NCBI GenBank assembly: GCA_035221665.1
Contig: CM069164.1
Span: 20,336,001 to 20,400,000 of the forward strand
DNA from: Okamejei kenojei
Lineage: Eukaryota
Reading direction: 5' to 3'
Length of the DNA stretch: 64,000 bases
The notes below the pieces were generated by a model. The model was not told where the DNA came from. It saw nothing but the letters and a program-made list of their open reading frames with translations, and made no database searches. The position numbers and the translations under genes were made by a program. Numbering within the stretch: position 1 is the first letter of the stretch; each line of letters starts with the position of its first letter. This document shows, in pieces, positions 13,727-27,414 of the stretch.

Positions 13727-15199
13727 CTATCAGGAACAAAGGAAATTGAAGTGAACAATTATCATTGGCATATACTGTACTCAGCAAACGTCAATCATAC
13801 TACATGAGAATTAGAGTAGGGGGTGTGAAGCAGGAGAGGGGTTGGGTTCTACAGGGGGGGTAGAAGGGTGGTGATGAAATGAACCTTATGAAGTGTACTA
13901 TTTGCACTTATGCATTAAACAGGTTCAATGGGGCTCAAGTTCAGAGAAAAATTCTTGGGTCGAGTTATTTTACAGTGGTTCTTGACAGCTGCCCAAATAA
14001 CACCAGTTTTCTCACCTTTAGAAGTAAAAGGAAGAAAAATTATTTTCAGGGACCTTCAGCTTGCCCCCGTCTTTTATGGGAGGCTCATAATCCAAATCAA
14101 AGAAAGATATGTTAGCTCCATTTTAATCGGTAGGACTTTCGAGAGTCGCGCTCCAAGAGACTTATTACCAATTCCATTACCTGACCAATATTCATCCTTC
14201 AAGCAGTGTTTGAGAAAAGCAATGCCACATTGCTGTGCTGGAAACCTGTTTTCTGCAAATTGCCCATTTACTATTCGTACAATGTAGTATACTGTTCAGG
14301 AGACACTGTACATATAAAGAATGAAAAAAATATCTAACCTAAAGTTGTGGTAATACCTGACACTACAAGTTTGCAACAAAAAAAGTGGAAGCAGGCCGAG
14401 ACCAATTAGTGGGCACTTTATTTTATTAAGAAACAATTTATTCTTATCAAAATCTTAAATTTAAACTTTAGATGCAGTTTATGGGCATTTGCAAGCCTTG
14501 TTTCACACAATAGGTATGTGTCTGGACCTGTTGATAATTCAGCTAACGCCTTTGAGCCTGCAAAACATGATATGCAAACCCACCTAAAAAAAGTTTGTCA
14601 ATAAAAAAGCTTCCAAATATCCGGAGAATTTTGTCACAACTTAATTGGTGCATGTCACAATAAATGTGAACTTGAACTGACAGAGAGCTGTTGCTCAGTC
14701 TAAATGTACAATACTAAGGGTAAAGTGTCAAATGTGAATTTATACTACCAGTCTGTTTAATGATGAATTAAGACAATTCCTCTGGCAAGTTAATCCAGAC
14801 GCTATTGACAGACCACAGAGACCTCCACAAATATAAATCTCTTTCTTCCTTCCATTTTATTTGAGCCCCCTGATATTCACATTGCATGCAGTACAAGAAC
14901 AAACAGTGAACGTTACTTTGGAGATATAAAAAGGAACAGTGCAGCTGGGATTAATGCAGAGCCTCGAGAAAACATAACTGGTGAATTAATAATGGCAAAG
15001 ACACGTTGAATGAATTTTTGCATCATACTTCACCGTGCAAGACCTTGCGAAAAACCCAATGTGATAATCTCAAATATCATGACAGCATTTACAAAAATCC
15101 CAATTACAAAGGAGAAAGGGTTTGGATAACACACGCGTTTAAGAATGGACAATGTTTCAGGACTGCATAATAGGGTTTTAAAATACGTTGTTCCACTGG

Positions 15200-15575
15200 T
15201 TACATTTTGCATAATTTGTTGACTCCAGCAGGTTACTACACGTGTGGGAACAGCCAATGTAACTCCCTTGATCAAAAACAGAGAACGGGAAAAGGCAGGG
15301 GACAACAAGCCAATTGGTTTAACAAGTATTATTGGCAAGATGCTAGAGTTAATAATCAAAGAAGAAGCAGCTAATCATTAGGAAAACTAAATGCAAATAA
15401 ACCTGGTCAACATAGAATTAAGGAAGGCTAATCATGTTTAACAAATTTGCTCTATTATTTTAAGGGTGTAACAGGCAGGGATAGAGGGACAGCTGTACAT
15501 AAAGAGGGTGGTGCATAAACTAAAAGCCATGGTATCAGAGAAAGTCCGTTAGAATGGATTGAAAACAGGTGTTCA
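15200..15575 (+). mobile_element. Old CR1 ORF2 fragment (RT N-terminal region)
   Basis: TANVTPLIK...KAGDNKPIGLTSIIGKMLELIIKE, followed by stop codons. Confidence 0.75.
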
Positions 15576-16044
15576 GTCTATTTTAATATACAAGGGCCAA
15601 CTTGGGACGTAAACATACAATGAAACAGAAGATAAAGAAAGGACAAAGAGGAGGTGGAGAGCAAAGGAGAGAGTGTGGAAGACGGCAGCGTGGGGTAGAG
15701 CAAGAAAATGAGAATGAAAGAAAATCTGAAGCAAGCAGCAGTGATGTAAATTGATTCTATCTTTCTATTCTAATTGAATACGGGAATGGTGCCAGTAAAG
15801 GTTAAATGCAATTAAGTAGATTAACAAATGTATCCAATTTATTATAACTCCTGAAGAGTAGATCATTAAATGGAAGACATAGAAATGGAAGCTCTCTGAC
15901 CAACTGCATTGAGTAATGGTGTGAAATAGGAAAACGGGCTATCCTTTTTAAAGCACTTAGTGGGAGAGATACATTACGAGCAACTGACCCAGCATCACCT
16001 ACTTTGGTTAAAATTACCACTCATGCAACAAGGTATGTACCTAC

Positions 16045-16227
16045 CCAGAATCAATGTCAAAAAAGTACAGGCTCTTGCTTGGGTTTTTTTGAAGAATGCT
16101 TAAAGACGATGCTGCTTTGTACTGTTTCACACTGTGCACTCTTCCACTTGTTCGTTGGTTTATATCGGACATGACTTTAAAAACTGTTCCTCTGGGATAA
16201 CAAAGGCCGACTTGGATCCAGTCTCCT
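16045..16227 (-). CDS. CEMIP2-like: Exon 19 (GDWIQVGLCYPRGT...YFFDIDSG)
   Basis: 183 nt, phase 2-2, AG/GTAGGT. Confidence 0.94.
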
Positions 16228-17168
16228 CTATAATACAATGTAACACAATGAAGTTAGCACCTCCACATTACATTTATTAATTATTGTCCACATTAACTAT
16301 TATCCTCTTTAAAATTTAAAACCGATTTATTTTCTGATAAATTGTTGCTACTCTCTGCTCTATCCATGATTTCCATCACTCACGGTAGGACTCATTTCAT
16401 TGATCTATGTTAAAAGGAGAGCTTTTGATGGTAAATTACCCCCCACTCCCCCTCCAAAAGGGGGTGGACAGTAAAGATGGGAACAATCCCAGTTGAGCAA
16501 TGCAGTGTTATCCATTCCTAATGCAGTTATCATGTCATGGGGAGAAGGCCATGACGGAGTAGACTCGATGACGGAGTAGACTCGATGGGCCAAATGGCCT
16601 AATTATGCTCCTATGACTTATGAATTTATATTCGGGCAAGCCAATCTGCAGTGAAACTTTGATAGTCCAGCATAGTTGGGATTTTGGTGGTGTTGGATTA
16701 GCAAATTCCTTGGGCTGTTTTATGTTGCTCATATTAATATCTAATGAAAAATTTAATTGATATTACATAGATACATAGACAATAGGTGCAGGAGTACGCC
16801 GTTCGGCCCTTCGAGCCAGCACCGCCATTCATTGTGACCATGGCTGATTATCCACAATCAGTACTCTGTTCCTGCCTTCTCCCCATATCCCTTGATTCCG
16901 CTAGCTCCAAGAGTTCGATCTAACTCTCTTTTGAATGAATCCAGTGAATCGGCCTCCACTACCTTCCGAGGCAGAGAACTTCACAAATTCACAACTCTGT
17001 GTGAACATTTTTTTCCTCATCTCAGTTCTAAATGGCCTATCCGTTATTCTTAAACTGGGGCCCCTGGTTCTGGACTCCCCCAACAATATTATAATAAATT
17101 TCCCAGTTAACTGGGTAAGTTCAAAGGGAGCATGGGAAATGGAAAGCTGACCATTTGATAGAAGGTGT

Positions 17169-17378
17169 GGGATCTGCGGTTCAGCAAGTCAGAAAGGAGT
17201 GCAGGAACCAAGGTCCGGATGAATCAGAAAGTAGTGGTGGGAACTAAGGGTCATGTGAATCAGAAGGCAATGTTGGATACCAACGTCCCGGTGCATCAGA
17301 GAAAGCATGGGAACTGGGGCCCTGATGAGTTGGAAGAGAACACAGGAACCAGAGGTCCAGATAGTCAGGAGGCAGAAG
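17169..17378 (+). repeat. Degenerate minisatellite, about 6 units of 34-36 bp
   Basis: Units begin GGAAC(C/T) and contain (A/G)TCAG(A/G)A at regular spacing. Confidence 0.65.
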
Positions 17379-17799
17379 TCTTAAGAAGGGTTTTGACCCA
17401 AAACATCACCTGTTCCCTTTCTCCAGAGAAGCTGCCTGACTCACTGAGTTCCTCCAGTACTTTCTGTCGAAATCAGAAGGCAACCTGGCAAACATTACCT
17501 GGTAAGCCAGATGCAGAACCATTGGGATTTCCAAATGGTCAGGTAGCAGAACTTTGAGTTTTACTGCAACTTTAATGATCAGCAATTTAAGAAGTTTTGG
17601 TTTTTAAAGGATACATCAGCCCTGATTTGTCTGGGTTTTCAAATGTCTGGAAATTCAAAAATCAAATTATTTTTACAATTCATTTTTTGGAGATGGAGTA
17701 TGTTTAATCTTGCGCAACTCACTATACAACATCAATAACGGTACATTGAGGAGAAATTCACCAAACATTGGTCTCTCCAGGAAGCACAAGACTGAAGAT

Positions 17800-17970
17800 G
17801 GAAAAGGTCACAAAGTGAACCAATGGTTTTGAATGGTTCAAAATAGAAACTATCTGCCCTCATTGTTACATGCAAATCAAAGAATAGGAGTTTTCCACAT
17901 TTTGGTTCACCGTTATCCCTCAACCGACACCAAACAGATTATCTGGTTGTTAACTTGCAGATGTTTGCAT
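17800..17970 (+). mobile_element. Ancient Deu-domain SINE relic (AmnSINE1/SacSINE1-like); others at about 5365-5480(-) and 21085-21510(-, split by the V-SINE)
   Basis: ttatccctcaaccgacaccaaacagattatctgg matches the Deu core as recalled from memory. Confidence 0.55.
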
Positions 17971-20900
17971 TATTTTTGTATCTCAATATTCATTGTTGAG
18001 GTGGTAATGGTAAAAGTTCTTCCATTGTACTGTTAAGGTAGGGAGTTCCAGAATTTAGGTTCAACAACTATTGCAACCTTTATGAAAAAATGAGTACATG
18101 ATAGGATAGGTTTAGACGGATATGGGACAAATGCAGGCAGGGATGGGACTAGTGAGGATGGGACATGTTGGTTGGTGTGGGCAAATTGGCTGAAGAACCT
18201 GTTTCCACACTGGATAACTCTATGGCCTCTAAACCTCTTACTCTAAATCTTTTTCCTCTTTCTCCACACACCTCTGCAAAAAGAGAGAAGTTTCTTACTA
18301 TTTACCCAATCTATGCCCCCCAACCCCCCCGATAATTTGATATATCTATGTCAGGTCTCCCGCCAGCCAGCATCCTCTGCTCCAGTCTCTCCTCATGACT
18401 GAAATATTCCATCCTAGGCATTATTCTGGTGATTTCTTTCTGTACCTTCTCCAGTGTAATGTTGTGGCAACCAGAAATGAACAGTATTCTTGCTGTGGCC
18501 TAACCAAAGTGTTATTGGGTTATATAATGATCAACCTGCTCATGTAGTCTATGCCTGGCTAAACTGTTAACCTGACAACTTTGTTAACAATGTATTGCCA
18601 CAGCAAACATGTTAGAGGTAATCTGAGGCGATGACTTCATCCTATCCAACCTCCTCTGCATCTTAGTGGCTCACAAATTTCTTGTCATTTATATTACACG
18701 CTTAATTTTAATATCTCCTATCACAATACACAATTTCGCCCAAAGTTTGCAACCCTCCTTTGAACCTTCTTATGCCTTCTTCAGATTGTTCTATCTGACA
18801 TATTTAAATGTTGTCAGTGTTTCTAGGAAGATGGTGAGAGATGACACACATTAGTGACAACAGGATGACAATCAATCTATTGTCCAACAAATACAGCAAC
18901 GCACTGTTTGAGAATGCTGCACTGATCACCTGAGCAATACAAGCAAGGCAGTTGTTTCACGAGTCTCTGCTTGGGGACGTAAACACAAGGGCCCAACCAA
19001 CATAGCCATCTGAATGTAATTTGGATCTCAATTCTATGATGTTTGCCCAGGAAAGTAACCTGACATGTTGACAAAACCATTAAAATACCATTTATAATGG
19101 ATTAGGAGAATTTTGTGGCAACAATTTACATGCCATTTTTCCAATGCATTAATGCTGCTGCTTTTTTTTCTATTACCCCTTGAGATCAGTTCTAATCCAG
19201 CAGGAACCCTTTTAAAGGAAAGGTGAAAGGAAAGGAAATTGTGGTGAGAAAGTTTGAAAAGAGCATAAGGTCAAAGGCACAGCCATGCTCAACTCTAGTC
19301 AAGACATAGATTGACTCTGCTCTTGGTTAGTACTGTTACTTGAGTGCCATTGTAAAACAAATGCAAGATAAAGATCGATTTCTGCAGACAGCCAAGCTTG
19401 AGGTGACTTTCTTTCCACCAACGCATAGAGGCTGCAATAGGTTTCCATGAGGTGCTTATACCATAGAGACACTAGTGCTGGAAACTGGGACTTGCACAGG
19501 CATAGATAGGTACATCCCAGTATTAATGCTGGCATTGCAGTCGAAGCATTTATCAATTATTGTGGATACTGAGCACCAAATTTGGATTAAATAATAAAGG
19601 AATTGATCATAATACCAAGTGGGTCAAACTTAGAACCACAGGAAGTATTGAAAAGTGTGGGCTGATAATGAGACTGCACATAGTTTGCTGTTGACTCCAA
19701 CATCAAAGATAGTTATATTGTTCATTGCAGCTTTATGACTACTATAAATAACAAATAACATTGGCAGTTAAGCATATTTACCCATTTACCCTCTATCTGC
19801 CCCATTTGGCCTGGTTTCATTGATATTCTCTTTTGCTCTCTCCCTTCCACCTGTCACTTCCGTGATACTTAAAATTACTCTTTGCGTTTCTCATACCCAG
19901 TTCTGCTGAAGGGTGCATGACCTGAAAAGTTAAATCTGTTTCTCGTTCCACAAATGCTGGATTATTCTGGCATTGAGCCAGCAATGATTCCATGTGATTC
20001 CATGTAACAAGCTTCAATTGCTGGAAATCTGACAACCACACTGGAAAAACACTGACGATAGTACATTTTGTTTGTTAAATTACTCCTGAAGAGAATTCTA
20101 TGGGTTTGTTTATACACTATTCCAATAAACAACCCCTCATTTGTCATTTTCCCTCCAAAATGTTTTCTCCCAGAAGGCAGAAATCCAAACCTACTGGGTA
20201 TTTCTAAGGCAGAGATGAACAGATTCTTGATTAGTAAGGGTGTCAAGGGTTATGGGGAGAAGGCAAAAGAATGGGTTGAGAGGGAAAGATAGATCAACTA
20301 TGATTGAATAGTGAAATAGATGCAATGGGCTGAATGACCTAATTTTGCTACTATGACTTATGAACTTAATACCATCTTTAATTTCTTGCACCAGCCACAG
20401 ATGAATCACATTTCCTTCTTGGTTTTTATGACTTTTGTAAGAAAATAATTTGTTTCAACAGCTTCCGTATTTTTTCTTTAAATGCTAACCATTGCCGGGT
20501 CCCGACCGTAGTTTGTAACGTGTTCTTCCAATCAACCACCGCCAATTCACCATTCATACCTTCATTACTTAAAATTAAGAAATCAGCTTCACATTGGGTT
20601 TAAAATGACGCAGTTCAACCTCAAATGCATTCATATTATGGTCCCTTCTCTCTAACACTCTCTCGACAAATGGATCAATAAACCTTCTCTAATTTCACAA
20701 AACAAGATTCAAAATAGCCCATACCCTGCTGGTTCCTCAACATATTGATTTAGAAGAGCATCTCATATACATTCCATAAATTTATCTTCTGCTTTATTAC
20801 AGTAAGTATAATTTGTCCAGTGTACCCGTAGGCTAAAGACTTCCATGATTACTGTGCTACCTCTAATTTCCTGACAACTATTTTGTCACGGTCTCTCAAC

Positions 20901-21159
20901 AACAACCAACATCTGTACCTCAGAGGCCGGTAGGGGTGGGGTAGGGGTGAGGGTGGCTTGCAAGGGGACAGGCAGACCACCATTCCTCACTACCCACCCC
21001 CGCAATCCCACCCCAAAATGATTTATAGACCTGCCAAGCCTCCTCCAAGATCTTTATTATTCAACCAGAGGCTTAGTTTTTCTAACTGGCCTGAATTGCA
21101 GCATCTCTCTAACAAAGCAGCATCCTTTCCATAGTGCACTGAAATGTCACTGAAGGATC

Positions 21160-21433
21160 AGGGCGGCAGAGTTGCTGCCTAACAGTGCCAGAGGCCCTGG
21201 TTCAATCCTGACTACGGGTGCTGTTTGTCCAGAGATTGCACGTGACTGCATGGGTTTTCTACGGGTGCTCCGGTTTCCTCCCATATTCCAAAGATATGTA
21301 GGTTTGTATGTTAATTGGCTTCTGTAAATTGTCCCTAATGTATAGGATAGAACTAGTACACGAGCGATCTTTAGTCAGCTCAGACATAGTGGGCCGAAGG
21401 GCCTGTTTCCACGATGTATCTCTGAACTAAACT
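21160..21433 (+). mobile_element. tRNA-derived V-type SINE, near full length; other copies at about 1-185(-), 2700-2960(-), 26105-26270(+), 33000-33205(+), 36750-36910(+), 39445-39595(-), 48165-48445(-), 58985-59170(-)
   Basis: B-box-like ggttcaatcc, core gggtgctccggtttcctccca, CR1-like 3' end gggccgaagggcctgtttcc and (aaact)n tail. Confidence 0.8.
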
Positions 21434-22521
21434 AATGACATTCAACAAAATCTCTTTAGCGAGATTTACATTCACAGCCTTCCGATTCAGAGGTGAAAGC
21501 TATAACTTGCAGATGACATTCAGCATCATCATGCAGCTACTGATCTTGAACAGAGCCTAACATTTGATGTGCATATCAACAAGAACAAGTTAGGTAAAAT
21601 GGATGTATTGCAACTTGTCAAAAAACTAAGAGTGTCTCTGAATGTGTTTCAAGAGCAAGTAACAATTGCGTTTTTTTTCCAATAACGAGCAGTAACGACA
21701 CCTCTCTGGATATCAATAGGACAAATATAACTTCTCCAGACTTATGATGTTCCTTTACTAAGGCAACACAAGACCTCATTTGTCATTTTCCCTCCAAAAA
21801 TTCTTCTCTCTCATAAGCCAGAAATCCAAATTGCCAAATTAAAGTGCCACAAAGTAGGCTTGATAATCTGAACACTATGGAATATAACAGGCTGTGACAA
21901 TTTAGAATTGGAAAAAGATAGAAAGTGCTGGAGTAACTCAGTGGGTCAGGCAGCATCTCTGGAGGACATGGATAGGTGACGTTTTGGATCAAAACCCTTC
22001 TTCAGACTGATGTCGGAATTAAATAATATTTTCAGACTGGAGGAAGTGTATCATGGTGTTCCCATGGGTTTGGTACCAGCACTTTTGTAACATTTTAATA
22101 ATTTCAAATAATTTTCAAATCTACGACGCACAAAACCAAGAGAGAAATTGAACCATTAGGAGGATAGTAACAGATTTCATAGGGATCTTGAAAGGGTGTT
22201 GGAAAATGTAGGTAGGTACTAGATGAAATTTAGTCCTGAGAAAATGCTACTATTTGATACGTAATTCTAAAATGATTACAAGGAGATATCAATGGGCATA
22301 TGTGCATTGTTCGATAACAATAATGGGGTGTATTGAGAAAATGACCTTCACAATAGAGTCAGAGAGCAATTAAGACATGATGAACCTTTTACAAACAAAA
22401 GGTACTTCCATAACGATTGTTTCCAGTTCTGGACATCGCAGTTTAGGAAAGATATAAATATAATGGTGAATTTGCTTAAGTAATTCACCTAAACGATTCT
22501 CGTGAAGAAAGATTTTTGTTA

Positions 22522-23137
22522 CGTTGGCCTTCATTACAAGAGGATTTCAGTATACGTGTAGAGAGGTTCTTCTGGAGTTGTATAGGGCTCTGGTAAGACC
22601 ACATCTGTACAGTTGTGTACAGTTTTGGTCTCCTAATTTGAGGAAGGACATCCTTGTGATTGAGGCAGTGCAGCGTAGGTTCACGAGATTGATCCATGGG
22701 ACTGTCGTATGTGGAAAGATTGAAAAGACTAGGCTTGTATTCACTGGAGTTTAGAAGAATGAGGGGGATTCTTATAGAAACATATAAAATTATAAAAGGA
22801 CTGGACAAGCGAGATGCAGGAAAAATGTTCCCAATGTTGGGCGAGTCCAGAACCAAGGGCCACAGTCTTAGAATAAAGGGGAGGCCATTTAAGACTGAGG
22901 TGAGAAAACCTTTCACCCAATTTGTGGAATTCCCTGCTACAGAGGGCAGCGGAGGCCAAATTACTGGATGGATTTAAGAGAGAGTTAGATAGAGCTCGAG
23001 GGGCTAATGGATTCAAGGTATATGGGGAGAAGGCAGGCATGGGTTATAGATTTGGGACGATCAGCCATGATCACAATGAATGGCGGTGCTGACTCGAAAG
23101 GCCGAATGGTCTCCTCCTGCACCTATTTTCTATGTTT
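22522..23137 (+). mobile_element. CR1 LINE 3' fragment (RT C-terminus and 3' UTR)
   Basis: [10 protein letters not shown]...VQFWSP...VQRRFTRLI / [20 protein letters not shown]; (tatgttt) tail. Confidence 0.9.
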
Positions 23138-24203
23138 ACGTGAATAGTCTGGAGAAGCTGATCTTTCAATGGAGGATTGGTGTGAACCTGTGAAAGAATG
23201 AACTGCAGATGCTGGTACAAACCGAAGGTAGTCACAAAACGCTGGAGTAACTCAGTGGGACAGACAGTCAGTCTATCATTGGTGTGAACCTCCCTCAATG
23301 GGTGAGTGGTTAAGTACTCGGGAACATAGAATGAAGGAATTGACCAAAAAAAAAAAAAAAAAAAATTGACACCAGGAAACTTATTTTTCTTTTTCAAACT
23401 ACTAAATAATTAGGATCTGGAAAACACCAATGTGGTATTGGTGACAGCAGATTCAATTGTGGTGTGCCAAAGTGAGTTGGATAAGTATCTGAAAGGAAAG
23501 GATTTGCAGAGCTAAGTGGAAAGCGGGCAGTGGAATGGGATTAGCTGGATTATTTTTACACAGCCAGCGATGACTCAACAGCTGAAAGTTATCCTTCTTG
23601 TAAATATTGTGATTTCATGAAAAAAGCTTAAATAACTGGAAATTTGAAAACCACAATGGAAAAACACTGACGATAGTACATTTTGTCGATGAAATTACTC
23701 CCGAGGAGAATTCTAAGGATTTTCTTTTACGTTATTAGAATAAACAACTTGTTTAGAAACATGGAAAGTAGGTGCAGTAGGCCATACGGCCTTTCGAGCC
23801 AGCACTGCCATTCAATATGATCACGGCTCATCATCGAGAATCAGTACCCTGTTCCTGCTTTTCACCCCATATCCCTTGATTCTGTAAGGGAGGGAGGCCC
23901 AGTCAGCTAAAGGCACAGGATTGATGAAGAAGGGTGAGAGGGCAGAGACTCACTATACATGTCCAATGGTTTCTGTATTAGGAGCAAGATTCGATTTTCC
24001 ACAAAGAGCCCAGAAAGCATTTTTTATTTGGTTTGAGAGGGCATCATGAATAAATCATAAACAAATTATAGTGTTGAGCACAGGGTGGACAGAACTCAAA
24101 GAAGAAATGCAGCATAGGACTCAACCTGAATAGTTAATTAAATTTCTCTCTCCAGATACTGCCTGACCTGCTGAATATTCCCAGCACTATGGTTTTACGT
24201 TAC

Positions 24204-24412
24204 CTGTTAAAATTGATCGGGTAGAGGACAATCTGCTCAGGCGTACTGCCATTCCATGATAATGTGTAGGCTTGTTCCAGCATGACTACAGGCTGGTACT
24301 GCTGATAGGGTGCCCTACGATTTACACCCTGCAGCTTCAGTGGGTGGTTTGGGTACAAATCCTTTGCAATCAGGAGGGATGGGTTCTCTGGATGCCATGC
24401 TTGAACGTAGAG
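24204..24412 (-). CDS. CEMIP2-like: Exon 18 (LYVQAWHPE...QQYQPVVMLEQAYTLSWNG...INFNR)
   Basis: Translated by hand; 209 nt, phase 0-2. Confidence 0.94.
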
Positions 24413-24526
24413 CTGTGTAAAAGAAAGGAGAATATTAATTACGGTTTCCGGCTGTAAAACAAAACTTCTGAAAATATGTTAAATTCTACAATTGTAAGTT
24501 ATTTTATTAACCCAACTAAAATTCAC

Positions 24527-24742
24527 CTGTGCATACTTGCCAGTGCAGATTACACCATTCCACCTTGGCACACTCAGGCAGCCTGGATGACGGACCAAGT
24601 AGTTGTCAGCCCTGACCACAAATGTATCAGGAAATCCAGTCACTGAACCATCCAAATCATGGAAGATAGAAGTCTGGTCACCATCAAGGCTGTTGGTGCC
24701 AAACCACTGCCCTGGCGTGCCAAAAAATACCTCAAGATTAGC
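24527..24742 (-). CDS. CEMIP2-like: Exon 17 (ANLEVFFGTPG...IFHDLDGSVTG...YAQ)
   Basis: 216 nt, phase 0-0. Confidence 0.95.
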
Positions 24743-26547
24743 CTGATGGGGAAAATGCAAGGAAATAAATTAGGAGCGATACATAAAAGGAAACTTGTCC
24801 TCAGACTTTCCCCCCCACACACAGAAAAGCCATACTGGAGGTCAAAATTCACAGAGGAACTAATAAATCATTCTGCACACGGAACACGTGTTGAAACAAT
24901 GCTTGCAGTGAACGTCTGCTGGCTTCATTCAATGCAGTGGAGAACCAATGTCCTCACACACACATGCAATACTTTTTCACAATAAAACTGAGACTATACT
25001 CCGGTGCACAAACCTTGCACTGCCAAAGACCAGCTAGCAGCTTGAATTTTCAACCACATTCTCCTGACATAGCTTGGGGTTTCTAGTAGTAAGACTAATA
25101 AGACTAATCTAGTAGTAAGATTAAATTTATGCTCAAGTGGCAGATGAGCAAAAGGGGCAGATATGAGGAGCCCTCGATAATTGTGCCACCAAAGACCAGC
25201 TGCAAATGCAGACTTCCTCAACTTCAAGCACCTTGAAAAACTAAATTTACGTTTAGGTTTATTATTGTCACATGTACCGAGGTACAGTGAAAAACTTTGT
25301 TATGCATACTATCCAAACAGATCAGATATACCACACATAGATTAAGTAAGCTTAAATTTGAGGACATTAGATAGAGCAATAGGGAAGATACAGAGTGCAG
25401 AACGTAGTTCTCAGTATTGTAGTGCATCAGTTCCTTGGACAAAGTACTATTATGTACTTCCTTGACACCTTCTAGACCAAATAATGTAATTGACTGTTGG
25501 AAACTTTGAAAGTGGCTGTGGGATGGAGGGACTAGAGGTGATGGAGTTGAAGATGCAGTCTGGACCTTTCCTGTAAATGTGCAAACAATCTGCTCCAGTG
25601 TTCAAGGCTCATGTCATTTCATGAGTGTATTTTCACTCTATAATTATCACCACAGCAATATGATTAGTGGTAAAAACATTGCACTCTGCTGTAGAATTTT
25701 GGCCTTTTGTTTCAATTTCTTGGATACCAAAACAAGAGAGTACAAACATGACGTAAATTACCAATTAGTCCATTAAGGAGTTCAGAAAAAAACTGCTCAC
25801 CATGTTATGAATGCTGAGGTGAGGGGTGAAATGCATTGAATAAAAACTAGATAGATTCCATGTGGGGAAAAATGGAACGTTATGATAGGATTAAGTTGAA
25901 GGAGCTTAACAGTGAATTAATGTAGATCTATTGGCCCAAACAGCCTATTTCTCTGCAAATATTAGTGGAGTAAAGAAAAGATGTAATACTAAATGATTCT
26001 AGGTCAATATATAATTCTTAGAGAAATGGAATTTAGAATCAGTTATACAAATGGGAAACAGGTCTCTTGGCCCAAGACCTAACCTACTCGATCTTTCCCC
26101 AAATGGCAGACCCAAAGACACTAGGTTTGTAGGTTAATTGGCTTCAAATAAGAATTGTATATTGTCCCTGGGTACATAGGATAGTGCGAGAGAACGGGGA
26201 GAGCGCTGGTTTGTGCGGACTCACTGATCGGAAAGGCCCGTTTCCACACACTATCTCTAAATAAACTAAACTGCCATCCAAGGAACCTGTTGAGTGAAAT
26301 GCACTGGACTTTACGTATAGCAACCCATCATGTAAGGAGCTCAAATTGTACTAAATACTCCAGACCTGGTCTCACTAAGTTCAATATAATTGTAGCAAGA
26401 AATCTTTACTCTTGTACCCTAACATTTTCACAATAACATTATTTTTCCAGCTAAAATGCCACTATTTTTACTTCACTACCAAGGAATGATTTCTTCTGAT
26501 GTTTGAGAAAATATAGTAAAGTATACAGTAAAATGATCATAACTTAC

Positions 26548-26725
26548 ACTACTCTCCAACTTGACTTGAGATATATTATTTTGCGGGGTGATTTGCCAGG
26601 GATTCCTCATAAAGAATCCAAGTGCACTACTGTGCCTTTCATGGTTAGATAAGTATTTCTTAAATGTGCACTGTTTCAACCTGATTGGACCATCATAGAT
26701 CTGGAATCCGCGGATGGGAAATGTT
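26548..26725 (-). CDS. CEMIP2-like: Exon 16 (TFPIRGFQIYDGP...WQITPQNNIS)
   Basis: 178 nt, phase 2-0, AG/GTAAGT. Confidence 0.95.
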
Positions 26726-26822
26726 CTGGAAAGCAAGAAAACCTGTAAATTTAAACTCGCCCTGTAGCTTCCTACAACAGTTTGATACAATACACTTTAT
26801 AATGTTGCTTTATATGCACTAC

Positions 26823-26975
26823 CTGTTTCTTGGCAATGTTCTGTACTCTCCATATGCACCCTTTCCCCAGTATCTGTTTTGTCCACCATTGTAGCCCACA
26901 TTAATGCTTTCACCAACAAAAACTGATCTTGTCACTTCCATGCTTGAGCCTTCATCAGTTGGGAATGTTCCATCA
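26823..26975 (-). CDS. CEMIP2-like: Exon 15 (DGTFPTDEGSS...FVGES...RTLPRNR)
   Basis: 153 nt, phase 2-2. Confidence 0.94.
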
Positions 26976-27414
26976 CTATGGAAACAAAACCACAATAGTT
27001 GTTGAGAATCCTTCCTATTGTGAGTTTTCAGCAAAAAGTGATATCAAGTAGAGATAGTTAGTTATCCTTTGTACACAATTCTTTGAAGATTATTCTTTGT
27101 ATATCTGAAGAAAGAACTAAATTGCGTGCTCTTAGAAGATAATTTATTTTTTGAAGTAGTCAAGAGAAAATGGAACTGCATCTCCACATAAATTTAATAC
27201 TGTACATTAAAACTAGTTACTTTGCATTAAATACTGAAAATTGCAACATTTTAAATTCCCGAAGATCAAATTGCAAGCCACAGTAAAGTAAGCAAATTTA
27301 GTTCATAATAACTGACCTAGTAATGTGGAGAGCTGAAGGCAGCTTTTAGTTGTGAAACTGCTTTTTCTTTGGTTAAAAATATGAATTGCCTCCCCCCCCC
27401 CCCCCCCCCCCAAT

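Noticed and set aside
16551-16584. Short direct duplications (17 bp here; 12 bp at 36141-36164; 17 bp near 57955-57997) as array or CRISPR-like repeats
   Set aside because: Only two copies each in a eukaryotic context; ordinary slippage duplications.
21160-21225. tRNA gene
   Set aside because: tRNA-derived SINE head continuous with the SINE body; no complete cloverleaf.
26726-26745. Alternative acceptor ttacAG just upstream of exon 16
   Set aside because: Its use would shift the frame relative to the phase-2 donor of exon 15.
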